64,000 nucleotides of DNA. Source: a virus. Positions 47,978 to 58,029 of this stretch are shown in pieces. Location of the stretch: the IMG/VR virus record IMGVR_UViG_3300050821_003315, one strand, 5' to 3'. How positions within the stretch are numbered: the stretch's first letter is position 1; every line of letters begins with the position of its first letter. The position numbers and the translations under genes are program-made. Below the pieces are notes generated by a model that worked only from the letters and a program-made list of their open reading frames with translations, made no database searches and was not told the origin of the DNA.

Positions 47978-50308
47978 TTAGTCATCTTCATCAGAGTCCT
48001 CCGGGAGGCTCAGGTCGATGTCCTTAGTAGTAGGTGTAGGGATGGGAGACTGACGTACTTCAAACTTGCCACTGCTGTCCGCAATTAGATGACCGGTACG
48101 CTTTAGCCTTTTTATAGGAGAACGCACTGCTTCATCTGACGCAAAGATTTCTGGGTACTGTGCCCACACTTCGCGACTTAGCTCACGCTGGCCGTATTTC
48201 AGAGGTTCTTCGCCCACGATGGCCAGGATGGCTCTGTCACGGCGTGCTACGTCTTCGTCGCTAGTGCGCTCTCTCGGCTGCTTGACAGTCTTAGCGGGCG
48301 TCTCGTCGCCGTTCAGCACCTCTCCAGGTGTCGGTACTTCATCAGCCACAGGCGACCAGTTACGTAGCTCAGGCATCCGGGGGTAGTCCTTGATGGACGG
48401 TCCGCCGCTATCACCAGCCGGCACCCACAGGTAAGCAACCGCAGTGTCCACTGTGTGGTGCCCGTAACGGTCCTTGGTGACCGTCATGGCAGAGTAACCC
48501 TCGGACTTACGGGAGAATGCTTGTAGTTGCTCCACCTTGAACACGTAGTCAGCAGCGGATTCCTTCCGCTCAGAACCGAACGTGCCCCCTATGCCCGTCT
48601 TGGCAAGGTGGTCAAGGATTACGATGGTAGCGCCTACGCCTACAGCAGGATTAAGCACGTCTGCGTACACCTGCTCTACGGCGTCGCCGTCGTTAGCTGA
48701 GGTAGCAGGGGCCACGTCCTGTTGCAGACCGCGCCAGGCGTCGATGACGATAAGGCAGTCAGGATACTGAGCAGCTTCGAACGCAAGGTCCGGAGGAAGT
48801 TCATCAGTGTAGTGAAGCTGATTACGTACAACCTCATCTGAGACTATGCCGCAAATCTTCAGCTTTTCCCGCAGCAGTGCAGGCTGGCGCTCGAAGTCCA
48901 CCCAGATTACGTGTCGGTCTGCCCGCATTTCCTGAGCTGCGAAAGCAGCTGCGACCCAGGTCTTACCTGACGCCCGGTGTCCTGACAGCACGCTTACAGT
49001 CTTGCGCGGAATTACCGCTGAAGACTTCTGGTCCTTGCCTACTACTTGCAGTCGTTCCGGCTCCGGAATTTCCTGCTGTTGAGTGATGTCCTGAAACCCC
49101 TTGAACTCTTTCTTCAAAAGGTCGCGGACATCCTTTTCCGCAATCTTGCGCGCTAGCATCCGGCCTACTTCCTGCTTGTACACAGGAAGACCACGAATCA
49201 TGTCGTGGAAGTTAGCGGTGGTTACCTGCGGCTCAGGCTCGAAGTCGGGGTCATCAGGGTCAAAGCAGATAGGAATACCCGGCTTCTGCTCTACCACGAA
49301 GTTAGTAACAGCCTGAAGACGCTGCTTAGCAGCCTCATCAAACGCCTTCTTGCGCTGGTATTCCTCTTGCGTACGCTCTGCTTCTTTAGTTAGCTGCTCG
49401 TCAGTGGCGTGGGACTGGTCCTTGACGAACTCGTACTCGAAGTCCTGGCGGGCCAGGTTCTCCGCTACCTTGCGCTGAGTATTGGTGTCCAGCAGCGGCC
49501 AAAGGTCGGACTCGCGCCAAGGACGTGCAGGGTCCAGGGCAAGTGAGCACCGGAGCATCTGCTCCATAGCTACTTCCACAGGCTGGCGGCTGTTCATTAT
49601 CTTCATGCCGAAGCCGGCCAGCTCCTGGCGCGTTCCCAAGGAGTCATCAGCCTGCGCTAGCCACCATTCCGGGCCGTCGCAAGGAGCGTTGTAAGCCATG
49701 GCAGTTTGCGGAACAGGAGGGTTACGCAGATAAGCTACCCAAGCTTCCGGCAGCTCGGGCAGGTCATTAACGTTCGGCAGCTTTCCAGGCTCCCCGTCAG
49801 GGTCGAAGCACATTACCACCTGGCCATTCTTGTGGTTGATGTCACCTGGTGCCCAGGAGAAGCGGTGCGCAGTGCGCACGATTTCCACGTTGGTGACACC
49901 ATCAGTGCCGAATGCGGAAAGCGCACTGTCGGTAAAGTCAAGGTCTACGGGCTTGCGGAATAGATACCGCCCTGACGGGTTTTCATCTCCACGAGATGAC
50001 ACCTTCCAGGTGAGAGGCAGCGGTCCAAGACGGGCTTCGGCCGCGTCAATGGTGTCGGCTCCGCGCTTGCCGTCGTAATGGTCTACGTCGAAGACGACGA
50101 CGTTAGTTGGCGGCCGGAACGCCAGTCGATGTGCACCATCAGGCTGCCTGCCGTCCCACCCGTAGGGGGCTGAGCCACCAGTGGAACCGTGCTGCGGGGT
50201 GAAGGAACCGCTCTGCCTGGCTAGGCAGAACACCGGCTGCCAGCCCTTGTCTACCATCTCCCAAGCTAGGTCCTGCACTGTCTCACGAGGCGTGAGGGCA
50301 AACTGCAT
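47978..50308 (-). CDS. bifunctional primase-polymerase (AEP) fused to a RepA/AAA_25-type helicase
   Basis: VVVFDVD, SGRYLFR, Walker A GHRASGKT, WVDFE, Walker B IVIDA, ILDH. Confidence 0.85.
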   Translation of the reverse strand: MQFALTPRETVQDLAWEMVDKGWQPVFCLARQSGSFTPQHGSTGGSAPYGWDGRQPDGAHRLAFRPPTNVVVFDVDHYDGKRGADTIDAAEARLGPLPLTWKVSSRGDENPSGRYLFRKPVDLDFTDSALSAFGTDGVTNVEIVRTAHRFSWAPGDINHKNGQVVMCFDPDGEPGKLPNVNDLPELPEAWVAYLRNPPVPQTAMAYNAPCDGPEWWLAQADDSLGTRQELAGFGMKIMNSRQPVEVAMEQMLRCSLALDPARPWRESDLWPLLDTNTQRKVAENLARQDFEYEFVKDQSHATDEQLTKEAERTQEEYQRKKAFDEAAKQRLQAVTNFVVEQKPGIPICFDPDDPDFEPEPQVTTANFHDMIRGLPVYKQEVGRMLARKIAEKDVRDLLKKEFKGFQDITQQQEIPEPERLQVVGKDQKSSAVIPRKTVSVLSGHRASGKTWVAAAFAAQEMRADRHVIWVDFERQPALLREKLKICGIVSDEVVRNQLHYTDELPPDLAFEAAQYPDCLIVIDAWRGLQQDVAPATSANDGDAVEQVYADVLNPAVGVGATIVILDHLAKTGIGGTFGSERKESAADYVFKVEQLQAFSRKSEGYSAMTVTKDRYGHHTVDTAVAYLWVPAGDSGGPSIKDYPRMPELRNWSPVADEVPTPGEVLNGDETPAKTVKQPRERTSDEDVARRDRAILAIVGEEPLKYGQRELSREVWAQYPEIFASDEAVRSPIKRLKRTGHLIADSSGKFEVRQSPIPTPTTKDIDLSLPEDSDEDD

Positions 50309-50400
50309 CGTTGCTCCGTCCTGTCGGGGAAGACTCCAGGGTACTCCTCAAGGTGAGCACTCCGCTGGCTGTAACGACGTTTTGGCCAGGTCTAGTTCCG

Positions 50401-50426
50401 GGAATACTTACGTTGCCGACAACGTT
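50401..50426 (+). promoter_or_regulatory. SigR/SigH-type promoter, leaderless
   Basis: GGAATA at 50401, GTT at 50424, GTG at 50436. Confidence 0.8.
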
Positions 50427-50435
50427 GACAAGCGC

Positions 50436-51369
50436 GTGATGACGACTGAGTGGCGAGACGCCAAGGACGGGACTACGCCTCCAGTGCGCAGGCTGTGCTG
50501 GGTGTGGGACTACACCTACGACCGTGTTGTACTTGCGGTGAACGACGGTGAGCACTGGTTGCACTGGAACACCGAGAGGGTACTGCCAAGCGTCACTCAC
50601 TGGGCACTCTTGCACATCCCGTCTAAGCCAAGGAACGCGTGAACATGGAACCTACAGCCGAGCAGCTAGCTAAGCTACCTAAGTGGGCACAACGTTACAT
50701 CCGTACGCAGCAGATGTACATCGAAAATCTTAACGCTCACGTAGATGAGCTATCGCAAGGACCTGACGACTCTGACACCTTCGTTGAACATTACAGCACG
50801 TACCCTACGCGTCCGCTTGGTAAGAGTCCAATTATCAAGTTCAAGCTAGGTGAAGATGAGCACGAAAGAGCAGTTCACCTTCGCGTACATGAGCGTAATG
50901 ACGGCAGTAAGTACTTGAACGTGATGGCTCTTAGCTCCTGGGTCAGCATTCGTCCTAGGTCAGGAAACACCTTTGACATTTACATGGAGGAAAGGTGACT
51001 ATACCGCAGCCGCCTGAGCGCCCTGAGCGCGTAGCAGTAGAGCCGGATAGTAACAGTCGACTGGCGACCTTGCTCACTATCTATCACGCACAAAAAGCTG
51101 AGGCCGCAGCAGCAGAAATTGCCGCTGACGAAACCAAGGCCGCCATCATGGCAGAACTGGCTCGCTGGCCACAGCAGCCAGGCAAGGCGTTCGACATTCC
51201 GGCACACCCGAACGGTGCGTGGGGAGCTTACGCTCTTACCTTCAGCAACCCTAGGCGCTTCCAGCAGAAGTCTTTCGCAGAAGACCATCCTGACTTGTAC
51301 GAAGAGTATAAGCGACCGGGTAACGGTCAGTGGTCATTGTCTCCTGTTAGCAAGCACCCGAAGTCGTAA
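50436..51369 (+). CDS. three hypothetical ORFs (50436-50642, 50639-50998, 50995-51369)
   Basis: coupled ORFs upstream of the exonuclease. Confidence 0.6.
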
Positions 51370-51384
51370 GTTACACTTACGTTC

Positions 51385-52230
51385 ATGCCGACCACCAATC
51401 CGTCGTCTTTTTTCTCGGACGCTACGCCTGCCGTTCTTAACGGCAACTCCATGTGGGCGCAATCATACTGGCGTGAGCTGAAAAGCGTTGCGATTAACTA
51501 CGCCAACAGGCTTCCGCGCAACGTGCAGCGTCATCTCGGTCCTAGCGAGCTAGGACACGAGTGTGACAGGCTCCTCATCGCGAAGATGTCAGGCCACAAG
51601 CTGCATTCAGACAATCACGTATCTGACCCATGGGCGTCCATGGTCGGCACCGCTATCCATGCGTTCCTTGAGCAAGCTTTTGACTGGGACAACAAGGAAC
51701 ACCTAGTTGAGCGTGCTTACAAGGAGCGGTGGAAGACGGAGACGAAGGTCTGTCCGGACCCTAATGCACTACAGTCTCATCCGGGCACGGCCGACCTTTA
51801 CGATAGCGATACATTCTCGCTGGTAGACCACAAGTGCCAAGGTGAAGGACCGCGAGATAAACTTCGCAGGCAAGGTCCTCCACAGCACTACTACATTCAG
51901 ATGTTGCTTTATGCAATTGGCTACATGTATCTCGGTTACCGCGTTGACCGTGTAGTACTAGCTAGCTGGCCGCGCACCAAGTCTTCGCTAGACGAGGGTT
52001 ATGTGTGGGAGCATATCATTACCGCTGAGGACTTCGAGCTAGTAAAGAACGTCCTGGCAAAGACTGAAGTTCGTGAAGCTGTAGCCGTGGAGGTCAACGA
52101 GGGCAGGATGTCAATCTGGGACGTGCCTATGACTCCTTCGTATGAGGATTGCTTCTACTGTCCCTTGTTCCGTCCGCAGGCTGCTACTGACCCAACAGTA
52201 ACGGGGTGTCCCGGAACGGCAGGTAAGTAA
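51385..52230 (+). CDS. Cas4/RecB-like PD-(D/E)xK exonuclease
   Basis: LGPSELGHECDR, GTAIH, GTADLYD, VDHK, QMLLYA, CFYCP..C. Confidence 0.85.
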   Translation: MPTTNPSSFFSDATPAVLNGNSMWAQSYWRELKSVAINYANRLPRNVQRHLGPSELGHECDRLLIAKMSGHKLHSDNHVSDPWASMVGTAIHAFLEQAFDWDNKEHLVERAYKERWKTETKVCPDPNALQSHPGTADLYDSDTFSLVDHKCQGEGPRDKLRRQGPPQHYYIQMLLYAIGYMYLGYRVDRVVLASWPRTKSSLDEGYVWEHIITAEDFELVKNVLAKTEVREAVAVEVNEGRMSIWDVPMTPSYEDCFYCPLFRPQAATDPTVTGCPGTAGK

Positions 52231-52937
52231 TGAAGGTAAAGCTAGTAGGCGGTATCGCTGTAGCAGCAGGTGTAGTAGCACTTAGCGCTTGTGGTTACAC
52301 TCCACATCACTATTCTCCTAAGCCCTATCCTTATCCTCCTGCGCCGTCAGTAACTACCCCAGCTCCAACTGCCACGCCATCGCCTACTACGGAGCCTCCA
52401 ACCACTTCAACTCCGGTTCCTTCACGTCTGGTGACGGTTCCTGGTAACGGGGATTCGCTTGTCCTGACACCCATGACGCCTGGCAGTTGCCATTTTGGCA
52501 TGTTCCAAGGTGAGCCGTTGCCGGACAGTCAGTGCACTCCTGGAGCAGTGGCCAGTGATGTAACGCAGGCGAATATCCAGCAGACCATCTGCGTACCTGG
52601 TTACAGTTCGTCGGTGCGTCCGCCAGCATCGCTTACAGACAAGTTCAAGTACGACATTGCTTTTCCGGCGTACGGCTACACAGGCAGCGGCAGCACTACT
52701 GAGCTGGACCACCTGGTTTCCCTTGAGCTAGGCGGCGCGTCTGTAGAGCAGAACCTGTGGCCAGAGCCTAAGGCCGCTACGGACCACCACGGTGGTGTCA
52801 ACAACGACAAGGACGCGGTAGAGAACAGGGCACATACGGCTGTTTGTGACGGTGCGGTCCCGCTTGCCACGGCCCAGCAGATGATTGCTTCGAACTGGGT
52901 GGAGTTCTCGCAGTACCTAGCGTCCAAGGGCTACTAG
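52230..52937 (+). CDS. lipoprotein with HNH-like nuclease domain
   Basis: lipobox LSAC; P/T linker; TPGA, ELDHLVSLELGG..NLWPEP, KDAVEN. Confidence 0.75.
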   Translation: MKVKLVGGIAVAAGVVALSACGYTPHHYSPKPYPYPPAPSVTTPAPTATPSPTTEPPTTSTPVPSRLVTVPGNGDSLVLTPMTPGSCHFGMFQGEPLPDSQCTPGAVASDVTQANIQQTICVPGYSSSVRPPASLTDKFKYDIAFPAYGYTGSGSTTELDHLVSLELGGASVEQNLWPEPKAATDHHGGVNNDKDAVENRAHTAVCDGAVPLATAQQMIASNWVEFSQYLASKGY

Positions 52938-53104
52938 TGGCGACGCACCTAGCGCGTACTCGCAAGAATAATTTCAGCGCCTGCGGGCGTGAAGTCACGA
53001 TGGAAGACGCGGTTCAGGTCACTGACGGCGTGGACTGCCAGGAGTGCATCAACTCGTGGGAGTACGGTTTTCTGCTACGCCAGCGGCGTCCTGACAACGA
53101 CTGA

Positions 53105-53318
53105 CATACTTTACCTCGACAACGTGAGACAAGCACTCCGGACCTCGTGGTAGAGTTATGGAGTACCCAAGAGGGAGACCCCTTGAGGACAACTTAAGAG
53201 GCGCGTACGAAAGCCAGTCAGCCAGGTCGCAGTAAGGCAGTTAAGCCGACGCAGTAAGGCATGAGGCAGTAAGACCGCCATACGCAGTTCACTCTAAAGA
53301 CAAGGATTAGTTCATCTA
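53105..53318 (+). promoter_or_regulatory. long structured, repeat-containing leader of the SSB gene
   Basis: hairpins ACTCC..GGAGT and CAAGAGGG..CCCCTTG, then GCAGT(A/T) five times. Confidence 0.55.
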
Positions 53319-54173
53319 ATGAACCAGCCCCAGTACCAGCCGCAGCAGCCCCAGTACTACGCTCCCCAGGCACCTGCCCCCGCACCCCAGGCTCAATTCC
53401 AGCAGCCGCAGTTCCAGCCTCAGTACGCGCCTCAGCCCCAGTTCGCACAGCCTGCACAGCAGGCAGCTCCCGAGCCTGTTCTCGCTCGCGGTACCCTAGA
53501 GGACTTCTGGGACCAGCCGAGCGTAACAGGTGGTGGAGCGGGCGTTACCAAGTACTTCAACGGTAAGGTCCAGGGTTCATGGCTTGACATGACTGTCACC
53601 CGTGACCTGCTTCACAGCGACACGCGTCAGCAGACGGACATCAACGGTGTCCCGCAGGCGTACAAGGATGGTCGCCCGAAGTTCGTCCTCATCATTCCCG
53701 TTACAGTGACGGGTTCCTCTGATGGTACGCACGGTGCTCTCTTCACTGAAGGTGCTGGCACCATCTGGGTGAAGGGCGCGCTTAAGGACGAGTTCGCTCG
53801 TGCCATGGCGGCTGCCGGAATTCGGGAGCTGACTGGTGGTACGCGCATCATCATGGCCAGCGCTGGTGAAAAGGCCAGCAACCGTCCCGGATTCAGTGCC
53901 ACTAAGCTTTACCAGGTGACGCTGTACCCTTCGCAGGGCGGTGCTCCTGCTCAGGTTCAGGTAGAGGTTCCGGTTGCAGCCCCGCAGGCTGCTCCGCTCC
54001 CTACCCCTGTCGCGGCTGCGCCGCTGCCGAGTCCTGTTCCTGGTGCTCCGGTGGCCCCGCAGACTTTTGCACCTGCCCCGCCTGCACCTGCGATTAGCCC
54101 GGTGGACCTGTCCGGCGTCAATCTGACTGAGGCGCAGCAGGCAATGCTGGCCAAGCTCAACGGCGGTCAGTAA
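53319..54173 (+). CDS. probable single-stranded DNA-binding protein with Q/P-rich termini
   Basis: QQTDINGVPQAYKDGRPKFVL..IWVKG core; sits between exonuclease and helicase. Confidence 0.7.
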   Translation: MNQPQYQPQQPQYYAPQAPAPAPQAQFQQPQFQPQYAPQPQFAQPAQQAAPEPVLARGTLEDFWDQPSVTGGGAGVTKYFNGKVQGSWLDMTVTRDLLHSDTRQQTDINGVPQAYKDGRPKFVLIIPVTVTGSSDGTHGALFTEGAGTIWVKGALKDEFARAMAAAGIRELTGGTRIIMASAGEKASNRPGFSATKLYQVTLYPSQGGAPAQVQVEVPVAAPQAAPLPTPVAAAPLPSPVPGAPVAPQTFAPAPPAPAISPVDLSGVNLTEAQQAMLAKLNGGQ

Positions 54174-54400
54174 TTGAACCGGAACTACGAACCTGCGTGT
54201 GCCGCAGGTGTAGTAAACGCGCTGCTAGATGTGAACGCCCCGGAGGGTGATGTTCTTCACGGTCTTATCTGTGATGACCTTCCGCGTACTGAGCATCTTG
54301 CAATGCAGAATCCGGATGAATGCGCCATGCTCCTGTCCTTTCCTAACGGGTCGGCGTGGGCCGTGACTGTTCAGCGGAACAGTCTGTAGTAACAAGTAAA

Positions 54401-54467
54401 GGTGAGGGATTCCGGGCGTGCCAGGACCGGATGTAAAAGACAGTGGCTCAATACCGTGTCCCTCACC
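54401..54467 (+). ncRNA. tRNA-like structured element lacking a canonical anticodon arm
   Basis: 9-bp GGTGAGGGA/TCCCTCACC stem; TCCGG/CCGGA arm; T-arm-like GG-CTCAATA-CC. Confidence 0.4.
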
Positions 54468-54476
54468 CCCTTAGGG

Positions 54477-54502
54477 GGAATATGAAGGTCTCTGACGGCG
54501 TT
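54477..54502 (+). promoter_or_regulatory. SigR/SigH-type promoter match overlapping a small TM ORF start
   Basis: GGAATA at 54477 and GTT at 54500. Confidence 0.45.
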
Positions 54503-54830
54503 ATAGCTCACATCATAGTCTGGTCCACGGTGGCTCTCCTGATTCTAGGGGCGGGTCTAGCAGGCTGGACGGAGGATTGGTGGTGGCTCGTGCTAGGAAC
54601 TCCTTACGCCATCATCTGCTTCTGGGCGTACACATGGGGGCGTAATATTCAATGAGAACTGACATGCCTGAAGGTTCAACTGGTATCTACGTGCTTACGG
54701 TAGATGTAACTTCATACGGCGCTTCTGCTCTAGAAATAGAGGAGGATATTTCGCACAAGCTAAGGGACTTGTCTGTGAACGCTTGTGTAGAAGATGTATC
54801 TATCACCTTCGCGGACGATTAAGGAACGCA

Positions 54831-56792
54831 GTGGACCCGCGTTATGCTCCCGGAGTTGTTCACGGACGACTTGACGGGGACACTATAAGGCTTAGCGTTG
54901 AGGGCCTTGACTGGCAGATGGGCGAGATAGTAACTGCGTTCAAGCAGCTTACGGCCCTTCCCCAGAAGACTCACGACGACAGCGGAGAGCTGACTCTTCC
55001 CTGCACGTGGGCGATGGTAAGCCAGCTAGCGAATGCACTGCCTGCACGCGGCCATGTATGGCAGCCTGATGAAGCACTTAGCCAGTGGATATTCAACGAA
55101 GTACTACGGCGTGGCACTACTGAGGGCGAACTTAAGGCTTCGTTTGAAGGTGACCGTGTGCCCATGCCGCATCAGGAAGCAGGTGCTTTTGTAGGTGCGA
55201 TGAACCGCAGGTTCTTTTTTGCTGACGATATGGGCACCGGAAAGAGCTGCACTGCACTTTTGGCGCTAGCGGAGATGCGTGAGCGCGGCATGGAACCGTT
55301 TCCTGCTTTCGTAGTGTGCCCAGCTTCTGTTGTGGACCCGTGGCTGGAAGAGATAAAAGAGTGTTTTCCTAGCTGGTCGTATACAGCATACCGTACTCAG
55401 CCTTATATCAAAGGAGTACAGCTCGCTATACCTGACAGGCGTAAGCTGAGTACTCGCTATAATATTTACGTCATGTCTTATGACGTATTCCGGGCTGATA
55501 TGACTATTCCGCACTTGGCGTGGTGCGAGTGCGACCCTCCTAAGTCCGTGCGCTGGACTAGGAATCGCGACCTTAAGTTCGTTGCGGGTTTTCCTGACAG
55601 GTGCAAGCATTGCGGTAGTGCGTACCTGCCTGAAGAAGAAGCAGACAAGAGCAGCAAGCAACTTCCGCCTCTTTTGATGCACCTGACTCCTAAGAGCATC
55701 ATCATTGATGAGGCGCATTCGCTGTGCAACACCACGACCAAGCAGTCTGTAGCGGCTGGGCGCATAGCAAAGGTGGTGGACAACGCCATCCTGATGTCAG
55801 GAACTCCCATTACACGGGATATCCGTGGCTTCTGGCGGGGACTGACAATCATCGATACTCGCTCGTTCCCCAACCAGGACAGATACAAGGAACGCTATGC
55901 GGACTTCGTGGCAACTGATTACCAGGACATCGTAAACGGCATCAGTCCTCACACCAAAGAAGAGTTCTATACGTTGATGCAGGGCACGATGCGGCGCGTG
56001 TCCAAGGCTGACGTTCTCACAGACCTTCCGCCTAAGGCATACTCAACGCGAGTAGTAGATATTCCGCCTGCATGGCGTGCTGCCTACGATGAGATGGCCA
56101 AGGACATGATTGCGCACTTGCCGGATTCTGACGAGCCACTGCCTGTCATGTCCACGCTCGCGCAAATGCAGCGGTTGTCTCAGCTAGCCAGTGCTGCGTG
56201 TGATGTCACTATTACCGAAGAGCTGGATGACCGTCCTAAGAGCGAAACTTTCGGCCAGATGATTCCTAAAGTCCACGTGGAGATGAAGGAACCGTCCTGG
56301 AAAGTGGACGTGCTCATGGAAATTCTTGATGATAGCCAAGGGTCTCCTATAGTTACGTTCAGTCCTCACCGCCAGCTCATGGAACTGGCAGGGAAGCGTG
56401 CTGAGCGCGAGGGTTATCGCGTTGCCTACATCGTAGGCGGACAGACCCAGAAGCAGCGCACGGCTTCTCGCCAGGGCTTCCAAGACGGTCAGTTTGACCT
56501 GATGTGCGTCACTACGCAGGCCGGGGGCGTGGGTATTACCCTGACCAAGAGCCACACTGCGGTGTTCCTTGAGCGGCCATGGGCTTACTGGCAAGCGGCG
56601 CAGTCAGAAGACCGGCTGCACCGTAGAGGTCAGTCCGAACCCGTCAATATAATTGATGTCGTAGCCCGTAATACCATCGAATCCAAGGTCCGTATGGCCT
56701 TGAAGGACAAGGCTCAGAATCTGTCTGAGCTTATCCAAGACCCGCGCATTGTGAGAGAACTTTTGGGAGGGGAACCACTACATGTCAACTAA
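54831..56792 (+). CDS. SNF2-family (DEAH-box) helicase
   Basis: DDMGTGKS, VVCPAS, IIDEAH, MSGTP, AGGVGITLT, QSEDRLHRRGQ; Zn-ribbon insertion. Confidence 0.92.
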   Translation: MDPRYAPGVVHGRLDGDTIRLSVEGLDWQMGEIVTAFKQLTALPQKTHDDSGELTLPCTWAMVSQLANALPARGHVWQPDEALSQWIFNEVLRRGTTEGELKASFEGDRVPMPHQEAGAFVGAMNRRFFFADDMGTGKSCTALLALAEMRERGMEPFPAFVVCPASVVDPWLEEIKECFPSWSYTAYRTQPYIKGVQLAIPDRRKLSTRYNIYVMSYDVFRADMTIPHLAWCECDPPKSVRWTRNRDLKFVAGFPDRCKHCGSAYLPEEEADKSSKQLPPLLMHLTPKSIIIDEAHSLCNTTTKQSVAAGRIAKVVDNAILMSGTPITRDIRGFWRGLTIIDTRSFPNQDRYKERYADFVATDYQDIVNGISPHTKEEFYTLMQGTMRRVSKADVLTDLPPKAYSTRVVDIPPAWRAAYDEMAKDMIAHLPDSDEPLPVMSTLAQMQRLSQLASAACDVTITEELDDRPKSETFGQMIPKVHVEMKEPSWKVDVLMEILDDSQGSPIVTFSPHRQLMELAGKRAEREGYRVAYIVGGQTQKQRTASRQGFQDGQFDLMCVTTQAGGVGITLTKSHTAVFLERPWAYWQAAQSEDRLHRRGQSEPVNIIDVVARNTIESKVRMALKDKAQNLSELIQDPRIVRELLGGEPLHVN

Positions 56793-57576
56793 TGGGTGTG
56801 GGGTTGAAGGTTGTGAACGCACCCCGGATGGTGGGCACAAATTGTGCTCTATGCATAGGTCCCGGTTGAAGCGTTCTGGCTCAGTAGGTGAAGTTGAAGC
56901 TCGTGTAGAGCCTAAAGAGCCTGTGCCTTCTTGTGCTTCTAAAGAAGAGCTTAAAGGTACACCTAAACCTGAGGCTCGCCCATGCAAAACTGACGGGTGC
57001 ACTAACAAAGAGTACATAGATATAACTAAAATACAGGCTACAAATAGGTGGGTGTGGGGACGCCGTGGATTCTGTATTAAGTGTCGTAACGCTAAAAATC
57101 CGGTGAGTGGTAGGCATAAGAAGGAGGGACGCGTGTATCGTAACTACGGGATATGGGTACCTGAACTTTTTATACTCAAAAGCGGATGTGCCCAAACTCC
57201 TGACGGTGACCCTATCGGGTATGTTAAGGACACAGTTCGTACTAAGGTAGGGATAGGCTGTAAGCCTGAATACCTCTGGCAGGCCAAAGGCGGTTTCAGT
57301 GACGAAAGGTTCATGCAAGCCGTGCTCAGTAAGTGGGCCAAAACACCACGGCCGTTTATAAGTTCTCGTCCTACTGTCCTTTCGGAGTGGTTTGATTTTA
57401 GTTGGCTTAAGAATGTCACTGAAGACCCTAAAGGACAGGTCACACAACTGCTTATTACAATTGCCGATTTTTCCCGCGCAATAGAACGTGAACCGTGGGT
57501 TTATTTCCCCACTCTCTTTACAGAAAACGGCTTTAAACACCAGCTTCCTTACTATAGAGGGTCTGATGGCAGCTAG
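56782..57576 (+). CDS. putative homing endonuclease (Cys-rich N-terminus; GIY-YIG/T5orf172-like C-terminus)
   Basis: CGVEGC..LCSMH, CKTDGC..CIKC; KVGIG..SEWF; AT-richer. Confidence 0.5.
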   Translation: MSTNGCGVEGCERTPDGGHKLCSMHRSRLKRSGSVGEVEARVEPKEPVPSCASKEELKGTPKPEARPCKTDGCTNKEYIDITKIQATNRWVWGRRGFCIKCRNAKNPVSGRHKKEGRVYRNYGIWVPELFILKSGCAQTPDGDPIGYVKDTVRTKVGIGCKPEYLWQAKGGFSDERFMQAVLSKWAKTPRPFISSRPTVLSEWFDFSWLKNVTEDPKGQVTQLLITIADFSRAIEREPWVYFPTLFTENGFKHQLPYYRGSDGS

Positions 57577-58021
57577 ATATCTCGGCATCGATGTAGGACC
57601 GTCTACCGGTCTGGTCTGGGGCCACAAGGGTGACAACGATAAGCCTGCGATAGACGGCATCGTACAATGTCACGCTCACACTGTCGAGTTCCAGGTACGC
57701 AGCCTGATGCGCCTGTTTCCCAAGGATGAATGGTTCATTCAGGGTGAGAAGTTCGTAGCAGGTCGTGGTGCGGGCGGTAAAGGCAAGGACGCAGAAGTAG
57801 CCAGGTTCGTGCTGAACATGGTTGAGGCTTACTTCGCGCACACGCCAGGGTGTACGTGGCACGCGCGGCCAGCCGCTATGATGAAGCCCTGGCTCACTAC
57901 CAACCGCCTTAAGGCTGTGCAATTCCCACTCGGCCCCAAGTTCAAGGACGCCAGGGACGCCCTCGGGCACATGCTGTTCACTGCCGTTCGCGACGGCGGT
58001 TGCAAGGACCCACTCTACTAG
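57566..58021 (+). CDS. RuvC-like Holliday junction resolvase
   Basis: YLGIDVGPSTG, GEKF, KDARDA. Confidence 0.75.
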   Translation: MAARYLGIDVGPSTGLVWGHKGDNDKPAIDGIVQCHAHTVEFQVRSLMRLFPKDEWFIQGEKFVAGRGAGGKGKDAEVARFVLNMVEAYFAHTPGCTWHARPAAMMKPWLTTNRLKAVQFPLGPKFKDARDALGHMLFTAVRDGGCKDPLY

Positions 58022-58029
58022 GAGTAAGA

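Noticed and set aside
51385-53318. Cas4-like gene near short repeats as a mini-CRISPR system
   Set aside because: Repeats are only 5-9 nt with irregular short spacing and there are no other cas genes; solo Cas4-like exonucleases are common in phage replication modules
54401-54470. Canonical tRNA gene
   Set aside because: No 5-bp anticodon stem with 7-nt loop, no TTC in the T loop and no CCA; retained only as tRNA-like
32560-56792. Inteins or introns in NrdJ, polymerase, primase or helicase
   Set aside because: Lengths are ordinary, frames are uninterrupted and no intein C/S..HN junctions were seen
1499-57660. Long antisense ORFs such as 1499-2188, 3359-3997, 31545-32129 and 56881-57660
   Set aside because: Shadows of well-supported genes on the opposite strand, with no motifs or SD
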